Shown: positions 35,643-47,884, numbered from the stretch's first letter. The stretch: 64,000 bases of DNA from Methanolobus sp. (GCF_016278385.1 NZ_JADQBY010000003.1:641-64640), one strand, 5' to 3'. A program made the numbers and translations. Notes: generated by a model from the sequence alone, not told the origin.

Positions 35643-37547
35643 ATGGAAAAAGAGATTACTACTCCTAGCGAAGAGATTGAACTATACGAGGACAATTTCG
35701 AAACCACAGACTCCATAGATGTTCCCGAACTTCTGATAGACCAGATAATAGGACAGGAACATGCAGTGGAAGTGGTCAAAAAAGCAGCAAGTCAGAGACG
35801 CCATGTCATGATGATAGGTAGCCCAGGTACTGGAAAATCCCTTCTGGCAAAAGCTATGGCTGAGCTTCTTCCAAAGGAAGAGTTACAAGACATAATGGCC
35901 TACCCCAACCCTGAGGATAATAATAATCCAAAGATACGTTCGGTTCCCGCCGGTAAGGGCAGGGAAATTGTCATGGCCCACAAATTGGAAGCTCAGAAGA
36001 AGATCCAGTCACGTAATATGCTGATGATGATACTTGTATTTGGTATCATAATATATTCATTCTACGTCGGCCAGCTCCTATGGGGTATCATAGCTGCAAT
36101 AATGATCTTGCTCCTGACACGACAGTTCTTGCCAAAAGAAGAAATGATGATTCCGAAACTTATAGTTTCAAACTACCAGAAGGAACATGCACCATTTTTG
36201 GATGCTACCGGCACTCACGCAGGTGCACTTCTTGGTGATGTCAGGCATGATCCGTTCCAGTCCGGAGGACTTGAGACACCTGCACATGACAGAGTCGAGA
36301 GTGGGGACATCCACAAATCACACAAAGGTGTGCTCTTCTTAGATGAGATTAACACATTGAGCCTTGAGTCTCAGCAAAGTATGCTAACAGCACTTCAGGA
36401 AAAGGAATACCCCATCACTGGGCAGTCAGAAAGGAGTTCCGGTGCACTGGTGAAAACAGAACCTGTGCCATGTGACTTCATCATGGTAGCTGCAGGTAAC
36501 CTTGATGCAGTGGAAAAGATGCATCCGGCACTCAGGTCCCGTATAAAGGGTTACGGATATGAGCTGTTCATGAGAGATTCCATGGAGGATACACCTGAAA
36601 ACCGTAAGAATCTGGTTAGATTCGTAGCACAGGAAATTCAAAGAGATGGCCACCTACCACCTTTTGACAAGGAAGCCGTGGATGAGGTAATCCGAGAAGC
36701 CCAGAGAAGAGCAGGGAGAAAAGGACACCTTACACTGAAACTCCGTGACCTTGGAGGTCTGGTACGAGTCGCAGGCGATATCGCACATTCCGAAGATGCG
36801 GCAATTACAACTGCAAAACACGTACTTGCGGCAAAGAAGATGGCAAGGTCCATAGAACAGCAACTTGCTGACAATTACCTTGAACGTAAGAATGATTACC
36901 AGCTGTTCAAGAAAACAGGCAGTGCTGTTGGAAGGGTTAATGGTCTTGCAGTAATGGGAGGAGATTCAGGTATCGTACTGCCCATAATGGCAGGAGTGAC
37001 ACCATCACTTTCCAACTCAGAAGGAAAAGTAATTGCCACAGGGATGTTAAAAGATATAGCAAAGGAAGCAGTTCAGAACGTGTCTGCTGTTATCAAGAAC
37101 GTCACAGGTAAGAGCATACCAAACCATGACATCCACATACAGTTCATCGGAACTTATGAAGGAGTGGAAGGAGACAGTGCATCCATATCTATAGCAACTG
37201 CAGTCATATCTGCTCTTGAGAATATTCCTATCGACCAATCTGTAGCAATGACAGGCTCGTTGTCCGTAAGAGGAGATGTACTTCCAATCGGAGGAGCAAC
37301 CTATAAGATAGAGGCTGCAGCCAGAGCAGGAATAAAGAAAGTAATTATTCCAAAATCCAATGAGGCTGATGTGCTGATAGAGGAAGCATATAAAGATAAG
37401 ATAGAGATCGTTCCGGTAACTAATATTATTGAAGTTATCGAACACAGTCTTGTTGATGGCCCTGATAAGGACAGAATCGTTGAGAAGTTAAAGAGCCTGA
37501 GCAGTCTCAAAACCAACGCAGAAATGCCGGAAATTGTCCCTGTTTGA
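35643..37547 (+). CDS. lonB: Membrane-anchored ATP-dependent protease LonB
   Basis: GSPGTGKS, TM insert, LFLDEI, EGDSAS (catalytic Ser), KIEAA. Confidence 0.95.
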   Translation: MEKEITTPSEEIELYEDNFETTDSIDVPELLIDQIIGQEHAVEVVKKAASQRRHVMMIGSPGTGKSLLAKAMAELLPKEELQDIMAYPNPEDNNNPKIRSVPAGKGREIVMAHKLEAQKKIQSRNMLMMILVFGIIIYSFYVGQLLWGIIAAIMILLLTRQFLPKEEMMIPKLIVSNYQKEHAPFLDATGTHAGALLGDVRHDPFQSGGLETPAHDRVESGDIHKSHKGVLFLDEINTLSLESQQSMLTALQEKEYPITGQSERSSGALVKTEPVPCDFIMVAAGNLDAVEKMHPALRSRIKGYGYELFMRDSMEDTPENRKNLVRFVAQEIQRDGHLPPFDKEAVDEVIREAQRRAGRKGHLTLKLRDLGGLVRVAGDIAHSEDAAITTAKHVLAAKKMARSIEQQLADNYLERKNDYQLFKKTGSAVGRVNGLAVMGGDSGIVLPIMAGVTPSLSNSEGKVIATGMLKDIAKEAVQNVSAVIKNVTGKSIPNHDIHIQFIGTYEGVEGDSASISIATAVISALENIPIDQSVAMTGSLSVRGDVLPIGGATYKIEAAARAGIKKVIIPKSNEADVLIEEAYKDKIEIVPVTNIIEVIEHSLVDGPDKDRIVEKLKSLSSLKTNAEMPEIVPV

Positions 37548-37604
37548 ACAGGGAATTTTTATTTATTAAACTTGTATTCCATTTATACAGGGAGAAGTGA
37601 AATT

Positions 37605-38936
37605 ATGCATAGTGTAGACTTTTTTGATACAAGGATCATAGAGGGAACAACCACCTCCATTGTACTTGATAATGATAAGATCGAACAGATATCTGTCAAT
37701 TTTACAAAAGGTGCTGCAGTACGTGCTTTAAAAAGAGGTTCATGGGGATTCACATCCGCCGACGGGGACTTCGATATTGAGAAGGCCATACGTGCAGCTA
37801 CAGAGCTTGCTATTAGTATGGATGAGAAATCACCTAAAGAAAAAGTGCAGATAAAGGAAATAGCAAAGCCAATTGTTTCCAACCTCCCAAAAATAAAAAA
37901 GAACCCATTGGACATATCCCTTGAAGAGAAGGTCAAAAACCTTAAGGAATTTGGCAAACATGCCAAAATGGACGGAATCAGCAGTACCAGCGCTGTATAC
38001 AGTGAATCCTCCTACAAGATAATGTATACTGATTCTACCGGTATCGAAGGAGAATATGATATCGTACGAACCGGTTTTGCCATTAGTGCGGTAGCATCAA
38101 TGGGCGGAATATACCAGGCAGGAAGAGAGAGCCGTTTTGGTGTTACAGGCTACGAGATATTTGATAAATATAATGCATCAGAGCTTGCAGAAGAAGCAGC
38201 AAAAAGCGCATTGCAATTACTTGATGCAAAGCCAGCCAAAGGTGGGAATATGCCAGTCATTCTTGATCCTGAGCTTGCAGGCGTGTTTGCTCATGAGGCA
38301 GTCGGACATGCATCTGAAGCGGACCTTGTGCTTGAAGGAAGTTCAGTCCTTGAGAACCGTATAGGAGAGGACATTGCATCCCCTCTTATCACAATTATTG
38401 ATGACCCCACACTACATGAATATGGCTACTTCCCCTTTGACGACGAAGGTTCACAGTCAGAGAAAACAACCCTCATAGAAAATGGCGTACTTAAGTCATA
38501 TCTTCATTCAAGGGAAACCGCCGCTAAACTTGGAGGAACACCTGGACACTGCCGGGCACAGGGACATTCCAGACCAATTATCCGTATGAGTAACACTTAT
38601 ATTGATAATGGAAATTCCAAATTAGAGGAAATGTTTGAGGAAATAGGAAATGGAATGTATCTGATAGGTTCCAGAGGAGGGCAGGTAAACACCGGAGAAG
38701 GTGTTTTCCAGTTCAATGCTGAGAAAGGATACCTCATAGAAGATGGAAAACTCACAACCCTTATCAGGGATGTTTCACTCTCCGGAAAGATACTTGAGAT
38801 ACTGAATAATGTAAAAATGGTTGGTAATGACCTTAAAATGAACTCGGGAAGATGTGGAAAAGGTGGTCAACTCGTACCTGTCACTGATGGTTCTCCGCAC
38901 CTTATGATAACAAAAGCCATGGTAGGAGGAGCATAA
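37605..38936 (+). CDS. tldD: TldD metalloprotease
   Basis: HEAVGHASEAD, RMSNT and CGKGGQ..PV motifs. Confidence 0.92.
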   Translation: MHSVDFFDTRIIEGTTTSIVLDNDKIEQISVNFTKGAAVRALKRGSWGFTSADGDFDIEKAIRAATELAISMDEKSPKEKVQIKEIAKPIVSNLPKIKKNPLDISLEEKVKNLKEFGKHAKMDGISSTSAVYSESSYKIMYTDSTGIEGEYDIVRTGFAISAVASMGGIYQAGRESRFGVTGYEIFDKYNASELAEEAAKSALQLLDAKPAKGGNMPVILDPELAGVFAHEAVGHASEADLVLEGSSVLENRIGEDIASPLITIIDDPTLHEYGYFPFDDEGSQSEKTTLIENGVLKSYLHSRETAAKLGGTPGHCRAQGHSRPIIRMSNTYIDNGNSKLEEMFEEIGNGMYLIGSRGGQVNTGEGVFQFNAEKGYLIEDGKLTTLIRDVSLSGKILEILNNVKMVGNDLKMNSGRCGKGGQLVPVTDGSPHLMITKAMVGGA

Positions 38937-38937
38937 T

Positions 38938-40248
38938 ATGTACGAACTTGCTGAAAAGGCCTTAAAGGCAGCAACAAAATATGGTGCTAAAGAAGCAGAA
39001 GTATACATTATGGAAAGTCAGAAAACTTCAGTGAACATCCAGAAAGATGTAATAGAAGGAGCAAAGGAAAGTATCACAACCGGCATCGGAATCCGTGCTG
39101 TTATAAATGGTGCAATCGGTTTTGCAAGCACTAACATGATGAGTCATATTGATGAGGCTGCTAAGAATGCAGTCGTATCTGCTAAGACACAGGATTCTGA
39201 CACAAAATGGAAAGCATTGCCATCAAACCAGAAATATCCTGATGTTTCCGGAATTATGGATATGCAACTCCAAAACATGGAGCTCGATGATTGCATTGGC
39301 CATACCATGGAAATGATAGAAGGGGCAAAAACAATACCAGGCATAATAGTCACTTCCGGGAGCTTTGGACGCAGCCACGGTAAAAGAATAATCATGAACA
39401 CAAACGGAGTGGAAGTATCAGAAGAAGGAACGGGAGTATCTGGATTTGTAGATGTGATCACAGATTCAGGAGAAACTTCTACAGCTTATGATTTTGCAAT
39501 ATCCCGCAAAAATGACATCGATTTCAATTTAATTGGAAAGAATGCAGCTGAACTTGCAAAAATGTCTCAAGACACCATTTCGGTTGAACCCCATAGAACA
39601 GAGGTAATTCTGCACCCCTTCGCATTCTCAGACCTTGTTGAAAATGCATTTATACCGTCAATTGATGCTGACAACGTCCAGAAAGGACGTTCAAATCTCA
39701 TTGGAAGGAAAGATGAGATCATAGCAAACGAGAAACTTTCAATATACGATGACGGTTTACTTGAAGGTGGTATCGAAACAGGCATTGCTGATGATGAAGG
39801 AGTTGCATCACAAAAGACAACTGTAATAGAGAAGGGAACATTCATATCTTACCTTTATGACACCTATACGGCAGGCAAAGATGATGTAGAAAGCACAGGC
39901 AATGCGTCCCGCAATTCATACCTGTCAACACCTTCTGTAGGATCAAGGAATTTCATAATAGATTTCCCTAAATGTGATGTTATAGCCGACACAGACATTG
40001 GTGTTTACGTTAACACAGTGATAGGTGCCCACACAGCAAATGGAATATCGGGAGATTTTTCAGTAGAAGCCAGAAATGCTTTTACTATAAAGGACGGGAA
40101 ACTGGATAAGCCCATAAAATCACTCATGATATCAGGTAATATATTTGACATGCTTAAGAAAATCAATGGAGCAGGCACTGATGTCAGGAAAGTTGGCGGC
40201 ACTATTACGCCGTCCATAAGGGTTTCGGACATGAGTGTCATAGGTTAA
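38938..40248 (+). CDS. tldE: TldE/PmbA
   Basis: DDEGV, STGNA, SGDFS; no HExxH; follows tldD. Confidence 0.88.
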   Translation: MYELAEKALKAATKYGAKEAEVYIMESQKTSVNIQKDVIEGAKESITTGIGIRAVINGAIGFASTNMMSHIDEAAKNAVVSAKTQDSDTKWKALPSNQKYPDVSGIMDMQLQNMELDDCIGHTMEMIEGAKTIPGIIVTSGSFGRSHGKRIIMNTNGVEVSEEGTGVSGFVDVITDSGETSTAYDFAISRKNDIDFNLIGKNAAELAKMSQDTISVEPHRTEVILHPFAFSDLVENAFIPSIDADNVQKGRSNLIGRKDEIIANEKLSIYDDGLLEGGIETGIADDEGVASQKTTVIEKGTFISYLYDTYTAGKDDVESTGNASRNSYLSTPSVGSRNFIIDFPKCDVIADTDIGVYVNTVIGAHTANGISGDFSVEARNAFTIKDGKLDKPIKSLMISGNIFDMLKKINGAGTDVRKVGGTITPSIRVSDMSVIG

Positions 40249-40516
40249 GTTTGATAAATAATTATGGGAACATAATTCTATTGTTCTCATTAATTTTACT
40301 TCTTTTTTTTAATCTTTCTCTCATACTATACTTTGCGCAGATGTCCTATTGCCCGACAAAAGGGAATCTTTTTAACAATCTGCGCCAGTTCAAAATGCAT
40401 AATATTTGCAAATGTGCGCATAATTCAGAAACAATTATATAGGCATATAAATTATATGAATGTTATATAACGTAAAAACCAATGATGATTTTTTATGAGA
40501 TGTTAAAAGATAATAA

Positions 40517-42559
40517 ATGGCAACATTACACAACAAAATATTAGGCATCATTGGTGCAACTCTTATTGGTATGATTTTCATCATATACCTGAGTTCACAC
40601 TTTATTATAATGGACAGTTTTGATAAACTGGAAGAGAAAGAAGCCAGGGAAAATGCCATTCGCCTGGAAAATATCATGTCATCTGAAATCCAGAGCCTTG
40701 AAAACAAAGCTGCTGACTGGTCTGTATGGGATGAAACATACGAATTCGTCCAAAGTAATGATACCCAGTATGTTGATAAATATCTAATGGATGAGACTTT
40801 TTTTAACCAGAGACTCGATTTTATGCTTTTCTATAATGCAAATGGAAAACTGGTATTTAAGAAAGAATTATTGACAACAGAAGCAAATAACCAGTCGATC
40901 AAGGGATTGGAAGAACATTTAAAGCAGAGAAGCGATCTTCTGGAACATGAGGATAATAGCAGCAGGAAGACAGGCTTTCTGGTATTTGCAGGTCAGCCAA
41001 TTTTAGTCAGTTCTCAGCCGATTGTGAAAAGCGATAAAAGCGGACCAATTAAAGGGACAATACTTATGGGTCGAGTCATTGATGACGATGAATTTACACG
41101 CTTGCATGAAATAACATATCTGGAACTTGATGTTAAAAACATCAGCAATTACAATGAGAATAATGCCAGCAATGCCGTCTATGCTGGCAATAATGAAGAG
41201 AAGATAATTACACATATCCTTAATGATGACATTCATATTTATTCATATGCACAGTTCAATAACATCTACGGAGCAGATGCATTTTCCCTGGAAATCAGTA
41301 TGCTTCGGAACATACACCAACGTGGGGTTAATACTATTAACTATTTCCTTGCTATTCTACTGCTTATTGGCATTGTTTTTGGGGTTACTATAGCAGCCGT
41401 GCTAGAAAAATCCCATATTTCCCGCCTTAAGAGACTTGAGAACGAAATCAGGAATATTGGAGACAAAGGGGACTTTTCAAGAAGAGTGAACTATGAAGGT
41501 AACGATGAAATTGCCAGCTTAGGAGAGTCAATAAACAATATGCTGGAATCGCTTGAAAAATCACAGGATCTAATTATAAAGAGAGATATCACCATAAATG
41601 CAATTTTACAGGCATTGCCTGATATGATGTTCCAGATTAAAAAAGATGGAACTATACGCAATTATAAACTCTCAACAGATAATTGCATTTATGAATCCCC
41701 CGAAGCAGAACTCAGTATATGCCTTGATGATGTTCTTCCAGCTCATATCGCAAAGAAAGAACTTGAAATCATAGAACAAGCACTCAGGACAAATCAAATG
41801 CAGACTATGCAATACACAATGCCTGTAAAGGGAGAAATGAGGGACTTTGAAGTGAGAGTAGTTGCCAGTGGAAAGGATGAAGTTATGGCTGTTGTAAAAG
41901 ACATAACCGAAATAAAACAGATAGATGAGATGCGTAGAAAAGATATTCTCTTAAAAGAGATACATCACCGTGTCAAGAATAATCTCCAAATAATATCTAG
42001 TCTTTTAAGGCTCCAATCACGGAAATTTACTGATAAGGATACAATAGAGGCTTTCCGTAAAAGCCAGAATCGTGCAAAATCAATGGCCATAGCACATGAA
42101 AAATTATACCAATCACAAGATCTTGAAAACATAGAGCTTGAAGCTTACATCAAAACACTAACAAAATATTTACTCAATAACTATGGTTACAAACAGGAAG
42201 ATATCAAAATTGATATAAAGATTAAAAACGTAACACAAGGCATTGATATGGCCATCCCGCTCGGATTGATCATAACTGAAATAGTTTCAAATACCCTTAA
42301 ACATGCATTTAAAAGCAATAAAGGACAAATACAAATAGAATTGCTTCCTGAAAACGACGGATTTTATTTACTTGTAATCAGGGATAACGGAATAGGATTC
42401 CCGGAAGATATTGATTTCACGAACACGGATTCGCTGGGGATGAGACTTGTTGTCTCGCTTGTAGAACAAATAGAGGGAAAAATAGAACTCTGGAGAGACA
42501 ATGGTACAGAATTCAGAATTACGTTTAAAGAACTATCCTACAACAGAAGGGACTATTGA
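40517..42559 (+). CDS. Sensor histidine kinase (CHASE4-HAMP-PAS-HisKA_2)
   Basis: DWSVWDETY, EIHHRVKNNLQ, DNGIG, SLGM. Confidence 0.92.
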   Translation: MATLHNKILGIIGATLIGMIFIIYLSSHFIIMDSFDKLEEKEARENAIRLENIMSSEIQSLENKAADWSVWDETYEFVQSNDTQYVDKYLMDETFFNQRLDFMLFYNANGKLVFKKELLTTEANNQSIKGLEEHLKQRSDLLEHEDNSSRKTGFLVFAGQPILVSSQPIVKSDKSGPIKGTILMGRVIDDDEFTRLHEITYLELDVKNISNYNENNASNAVYAGNNEEKIITHILNDDIHIYSYAQFNNIYGADAFSLEISMLRNIHQRGVNTINYFLAILLLIGIVFGVTIAAVLEKSHISRLKRLENEIRNIGDKGDFSRRVNYEGNDEIASLGESINNMLESLEKSQDLIIKRDITINAILQALPDMMFQIKKDGTIRNYKLSTDNCIYESPEAELSICLDDVLPAHIAKKELEIIEQALRTNQMQTMQYTMPVKGEMRDFEVRVVASGKDEVMAVVKDITEIKQIDEMRRKDILLKEIHHRVKNNLQIISSLLRLQSRKFTDKDTIEAFRKSQNRAKSMAIAHEKLYQSQDLENIELEAYIKTLTKYLLNNYGYKQEDIKIDIKIKNVTQGIDMAIPLGLIITEIVSNTLKHAFKSNKGQIQIELLPENDGFYLLVIRDNGIGFPEDIDFTNTDSLGMRLVVSLVEQIEGKIELWRDNGTEFRITFKELSYNRRDY

Positions 42560-43367
42560 TGACTAAAGAAAGGATAATGATAGTCGAAGATGAAAAAATT
42601 GTAGCTCTAGATATAAAAGATAGTTTGGAACATTTTGGATACTCTGTACCCTGCATGGCATCAAGTGGAGAGGAGGCCATCAGATCTGTCAATGAATGCA
42701 AGCCCGACCTCATACTGATGGACATTGTTCTCAAAGGAAAAATAGACGGTATAGATGCCGCAAGAGCAATCCATAAAAACTGCGATATACCTGTATCTAT
42801 CTCACCGCATACTCAGATGAAAAAACACTACAAAGAGCAAAACTCACCGAACCGTTTGGACATATCCTGAAACCTTTTGATGAAAGAGAGCTACGGACAA
42901 ATATTGAAATTGCACTTTACAAAAAGGAAAGAGAAAAAGAGAAAAATTTCGATCATGAAAAATGGATCACTTCTCTGCTTAATAATTTTGGTGACGCCAT
43001 CATATCCACCGATGATAATGGCATAATTAAATACATGAACCCTCTTGCTCAGGCACTTACCGGATATACCAAGGAAGAAGCGCTTGGTAAAGGGATGAAC
43101 AGCATATTCAAAGTCATCTGTGGGGACAGTAATAAATGTGCGGAAGATCCAACAAAAAAAGTCCTTCGGGAAGGTGCATTCTTTGGTCTTGAAGAGAATA
43201 CAACACTCATTTCCAGAAGTGGTGCGCATATACCACTGGATATAATAGGTTCTCCCATCACCAATAAGAAAAATGAGATAATTGGTACCGTTATTATTTT
43301 CTATGACATAACTGACAGGAAGAAGATTGAAAAGTCCTTCAGGAGTTTTGAAGTAGCCTACAGCTGA
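42556..43367 (+). pseudogene. Response regulator (REC-PAS) with a 1-nt deletion frameshift at about 42794
   Basis: REC domain (IVEDE, LMDI) continues in another frame as IYLTAYSDEKTLQRAKLTEPFGHILKPF into the PAS domain. Confidence 0.8.
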
Positions 43368-43376
43368 CGATATTTC

Positions 43377-44591
43377 TTATTCTGCTTTAAGGGTCATTGG
43401 GTCTTTAATGCCACCCAGCACAAGCAACAATGATAGCAGTAACATAATTGCACACAGGTAGAATGGCAACTCAAACGAGATATAACCTGCAAGCAGCCCA
43501 CCTATTATGGGTCCCAGAGCCATTCCAGCTGCCTGGGAAGCTGTTATGGAACTTACCTTAGAACTTACCGAAGCACCTGCAAGATCAACTGCCAGAGCCA
43601 TTATAGGTGTTTCCACAGCAGCCATTGATATGCCCTGTACTGCACGCAACACTATAAGCTGATTGACGTTTTCAACATGCCCAAGACCAATTACAATTGG
43701 TATATTAAGAAGCAGACCCAGAGCTATTATGTTTTTTCTGCCTAAGCGGTCAGATATGAAACCCATTGGAGTCTGGAACAATACCCTTACAATCACATAT
43801 GCAGAAACTGCGATACTAAGGGATACCTGACCAGTGTTGAGCCTTGTTTCATATTCAGGCAAAAAAGCAAATATGATCATAATTCCTGCCATCATCATAA
43901 ACATAGCAGTTGCAAGAATAGCGAACTGAAATCCTTGACCTGGCTCTGATATTTTTTGCTTGGCAGGCGCACCATTATGAGTTTCAGATACAAAAAAGGA
44001 TATTAATACTAAGCTTGCAAAACCCAGCAAGGAACATACATAGAATGCTGTGGCAAAGCTGTAATAGCTGGCAATCACACCACCTATAATGGAACCCATA
44101 CCAAAGCCAAAACCTCTTACAGTAGAATATATACCAATGGCAACGCCTCTTGTACCTGATGTTGACATATGAGTCACCATTGCAACAATTGCAGGTACAG
44201 TTGCACCTACTGTGATACCCTGAACAATACGCAGTATAACCAGGTAGTCGAAATTACTTGTATTGGCATATGTGAAGGATATAATGGTGAATCCTGCCAT
44301 GCCTATAACAACAAAAGGCTTCCTCCTGTTAAGAGAATCTGAAAGCCTCCCAATAAATGGCTGTGATATGGCATTTGACAATCCAAAAACAGTAGCTATA
44401 ATACCTGCCCGGACTACAATAGGAGTACCTGAAAATACATCAGTATCCAGACCAACTATATACAGGGGAAGCAAAAATGCAAGCATCCCGGTACCAAGGT
44501 CCTTGAATAACTTGGAAAGAGAGAGTACATAAAGTGCAGGATCCAATTTCTGCCTGTCATTCTGAAGTGCCTTATAATTGGATTTCATCAT
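43377..44591 (-). CDS. MFS transporter
   Basis: GRLSDSLNRRK and GFISDRLGRK motif A; about 12 TM. Confidence 0.9.
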   Translation of the reverse strand: MMKSNYKALQNDRQKLDPALYVLSLSKLFKDLGTGMLAFLLPLYIVGLDTDVFSGTPIVVRAGIIATVFGLSNAISQPFIGRLSDSLNRRKPFVVIGMAGFTIISFTYANTSNFDYLVILRIVQGITVGATVPAIVAMVTHMSTSGTRGVAIGIYSTVRGFGFGMGSIIGGVIASYYSFATAFYVCSLLGFASLVLISFFVSETHNGAPAKQKISEPGQGFQFAILATAMFMMMAGIMIIFAFLPEYETRLNTGQVSLSIAVSAYVIVRVLFQTPMGFISDRLGRKNIIALGLLLNIPIVIGLGHVENVNQLIVLRAVQGISMAAVETPIMALAVDLAGASVSSKVSSITASQAAGMALGPIIGGLLAGYISFELPFYLCAIMLLLSLLLVLGGIKDPMTLKAE

Positions 44592-44741
44592 ATGACCTTA
44601 TAGTGGATTATTCTCAAAGTATAAAAGCATAGGAAACAACAATGTATCCTGAAATTGACAGGGCATTAAACGTTCAGAAAAAAGAAAAAGCAATCAAAAT
44701 GATCAAAGATGCAGGACTTAAGGATGTCCTGCTTTAAAAGA

Positions 44742-45107
44742 TCACTCTACAACAATTTGTCCACCCTTTGTCCATGGATGGGTTACAAGCTCATATTTGT
44801 AAGTACCTATATCTTCAAATGTATAGGTAAATGTGTCATTTTTCCTGAGGGTAGGAGACTGGAAACTGTTACCACCAACAAGATTACCTTTTATGATAAA
44901 AGCTACAGAGTCATTATTGATCCACTTTACAGTGTCACCAGAGGATATGCTGGTTGAGTAAGGATGGAATTCATACTGATCAATATATACAATAGCATCA
45001 GCCTCGATATCTTGGGCCTCTGAAGTTTGGTCATCCACACAACCTGAAAAAGATAATGCAAATATGGATATTAGCATGGTAAGGAATACAAGGCTTCTTA
45101 ATCTCAT
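44742..45107 (-). CDS. Cupredoxin-fold lipoprotein
   Basis: Lipobox SGC; GDTVKWIN...GTYKY..HPW; copper-ligand Cys apparently absent. Confidence 0.7.
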   Translation of the reverse strand: MRLRSLVFLTMLISIFALSFSGCVDDQTSEAQDIEADAIVYIDQYEFHPYSTSISSGDTVKWINNDSVAFIIKGNLVGGNSFQSPTLRKNDTFTYTFEDIGTYKYELVTHPWTKGGQIVVE

Positions 45108-45152
45108 ATTTTACAACAATTACTATTTACTAATAACACTTTTGATAAGAAC

Positions 45153-46844
45153 TCAGTTCCTTTCACGCTGCACAAGGTACATTTCCTCAAGGCGGCCTAT
45201 TGTCTCAACATCTTCAATGGATTTGTCAGACCGTACGTTGACAAGTCTTGGGAAACGAAGTGCATAACCGGATTCATAGTTGACACTTTTCTGGATTTCC
45301 TCAAAGGCTACCTCAAAAATAACTTCCGGTTTGATCTCGACTTCTGTTCCGGACTCAACTACAATAAGATCAGAGAATATTTCCGTGAGTTCAGCAAGCT
45401 GTTCGTCGGAAAAACCTGTTGCCACACGTCCAACTGGCAGGAAACGACCTGTATCAGGATCATGACATGCAAGTGCATAGGAACCAAGGAAACTGGTACG
45501 ACGTCCGTATCCCCATTCAGCCCCGATGACAACAAGGTCAAGTGTCTCCATGACCGGCTTTTTCTTAAGCCAGTTCTTGCCCCGTTTTCCAGGAGAATAA
45601 GGTGATTCAGGGTTCTTTATCATCACGCCCTCATGACCTGCTTTTAGTGCTTCATTGTATATCTCAAGGATCTTTTCGAGATCATCTGTCAGGTACTGAG
45701 TATCAACGCTGATCTTATCTCCGTTTTTGACACAGCCCTCAAGTTTTGCCCTTCTCTGGACAAGTGGAAGATTGAGTAATCCCTCACCATTGAGATACAT
45801 TATATCAAAAAGGTTGAGTATGAGAGGAATTTCGCGTGCTGTGGACTGAACATCATATTTTCTCCTGAAACGTTTCAATATGTCCTGGAATGCCCTGGGC
45901 CTTCCATTCTCATCAATTGCCACAGCCTCACCGTCAAGTATTGCAGACTCAGCACTTACGTTTTCCTTTACAGCTTCCACAATATCCGGAAGTGATTCGG
46001 TGATATTTTCAAGCCTGCGGGAGAAAAGCGTAATGTTGTTTCCGTCCTTGTGTATCTGGACCCTGGCCCCATCAAATTTCCACTCTATTGCAGCGGTACC
46101 TAAATCTGAAATCGCTGCATCAAGACTTGGAGTAATCTGGGCCAGCATCATACGTATGGGACGATTTAGTTCAAGTCCAAGAGATAGTACTGCATCTCTT
46201 CCTCCTTCCATTGCAGTGACCGCAACAAGTCCAAGATCATTGGTAAGCATGAACGCACGCTCAACCTCTTCTGACGGTACATCAGACGCCCTGGAAATAG
46301 CATCCCTTACAATGCCCTCGCCAACTCCGATCCGCAGTTCTGCAACTGCAATACGAGCAATATAGCCAACTTCCTCCGGTGAAACTGAATTAAAAAGATA
46401 TTGAAGGTTTTTTATTTTGGATGCCTGAGAACCTTTACCCGATGATTTTGATATGGATTTGAACCTGTCAAATACCTCAAGAATAGAAATATCACTGGAT
46501 TCCTCAAGGAAAGAAGAGAATGTTGCCTGACCACTGGATACTTTCTTTAGAGCCCTGACAGCAGTTTCGCCTATGTCACCGGTTTCCCTTACAAGTTCCT
46601 TTACATCAGAAATTGAAATACCTGCTGACTTTGCGAGTGCATTGTAGAGAATACCGGCACCTACACCTATTTCCTCACTGCTCCATGCAGGAAAGATCTC
46701 ACCCATTACAAAATGAGTTATGATCGGGAGTTCCTCAGGAGTTACTTTTTCAAGCAATTCTGCGACCTGAGCAGTCATATCTAGCGAACCGGGAGTGCTT
46801 TCAATAACCTTGCAGGCCTGAGCAAATTCTCTGAAACTTGTCAT
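45153..46844 (-). CDS. lig: ATP-dependent DNA ligase
   Basis: [16 protein letters not shown] and ALRFPR motifs. Confidence 0.96.
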   Translation of the reverse strand: MTSFREFAQACKVIESTPGSLDMTAQVAELLEKVTPEELPIITHFVMGEIFPAWSSEEIGVGAGILYNALAKSAGISISDVKELVRETGDIGETAVRALKKVSSGQATFSSFLEESSDISILEVFDRFKSISKSSGKGSQASKIKNLQYLFNSVSPEEVGYIARIAVAELRIGVGEGIVRDAISRASDVPSEEVERAFMLTNDLGLVAVTAMEGGRDAVLSLGLELNRPIRMMLAQITPSLDAAISDLGTAAIEWKFDGARVQIHKDGNNITLFSRRLENITESLPDIVEAVKENVSAESAILDGEAVAIDENGRPRAFQDILKRFRRKYDVQSTAREIPLILNLFDIMYLNGEGLLNLPLVQRRAKLEGCVKNGDKISVDTQYLTDDLEKILEIYNEALKAGHEGVMIKNPESPYSPGKRGKNWLKKKPVMETLDLVVIGAEWGYGRRTSFLGSYALACHDPDTGRFLPVGRVATGFSDEQLAELTEIFSDLIVVESGTEVEIKPEVIFEVAFEEIQKSVNYESGYALRFPRLVNVRSDKSIEDVETIGRLEEMYLVQRERN

Positions 46845-46885
46845 AATACGTCTTTATCCTGAAAATATGGATATGTAGGAATCTT

Positions 46886-47884
46886 TCAGTCCCTGTAAAT
46901 AGAAATCATATCACTGAGGATTGCACTTGCAGTTTCAATTGACCCTGCTCCGCGTCCTGTTACAGTAATAGGACCGGAAAGGTCGGTCTGCATGGATGCA
47001 ACATTAAGAGAACCGCCAACTGCCAGTGGATGATCGATTGGAACCAGTTTAGGAGCCACATTTATCCTGCTGTCGTTGACCTCACCTATCAGTTTGATAA
47101 CATAACCATCATTCTGGGCCAGCATAAGTGCTTCAGGTGTTATCTTGGTTATACCTGTAACGGTAACATCTTCATGAGTAGCATTCATTCCAAACACGCA
47201 ATTTGCAAGTATCACAAGTTTGCAGGCTGTATCAATACCCTCAACATCATATGTAGGGTCTGTTTCGGCATATCCGAGTTCCTGTGCCTCTGCAAGCATC
47301 TGTTCATAAGGGGCATGCTCCTCCATCATACGGGTAAGAATATAATTACAGGTACCATTGAATATACCTTCAACATTGGTGATCTTGTTACCTGCAAGCA
47401 CATCCCTTGCAAGATTTAACACAGGCATAGCACCACCTACAGTTGCTTCGAACAGGAATTTGGAACCACTTGCTTCGGCAGCTGCTATGAGCTCACCATA
47501 TTTCATTGCCAGAGGGCCTTTATTAGAGGTAACCAGATCTCTGCCATGCTTAAAAGCCATAAACATGTTCCCAAGACCTGCACCACCTGTTACTATGTTG
47601 GTTGGAGTTGTTTCCACCACCAATTCATGGTCAATGGTTTCTATGATTTCAAGTCCTGTGAGCTTTTCAGAGCCAACGGTTCCTTCTGTCTTTTTTCTGG
47701 AGATTACTGCAGCAAGATCCACACCATCTTCGTCAATGACAGCAGTCCTTGAATCTGCAATCGCAACAACTTTAAAATCAATTCCGATTTTTTCAAGATA
47801 CACTTGCTTATCAAGAATAACTTTTGCAACACCCTGACCCACTGCACCAAAGCCTATAATAGAGAGACGAATAGTTTTCATCAA
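46886..47884 (-). CDS. hom: Homoserine dehydrogenase
   Basis: GFGAVG, VTSNKG, EATVGG, GYAETDP..DVEG.D. Confidence 0.95.
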   Translation of the reverse strand: MMKTIRLSIIGFGAVGQGVAKVILDKQVYLEKIGIDFKVVAIADSRTAVIDEDGVDLAAVISRKKTEGTVGSEKLTGLEIIETIDHELVVETTPTNIVTGGAGLGNMFMAFKHGRDLVTSNKGPLAMKYGELIAAAEASGSKFLFEATVGGAMPVLNLARDVLAGNKITNVEGIFNGTCNYILTRMMEEHAPYEQMLAEAQELGYAETDPTYDVEGIDTACKLVILANCVFGMNATHEDVTVTGITKITPEALMLAQNDGYVIKLIGEVNDSRINVAPKLVPIDHPLAVGGSLNVASMQTDLSGPITVTGRGAGSIETASAILSDMISIYRD

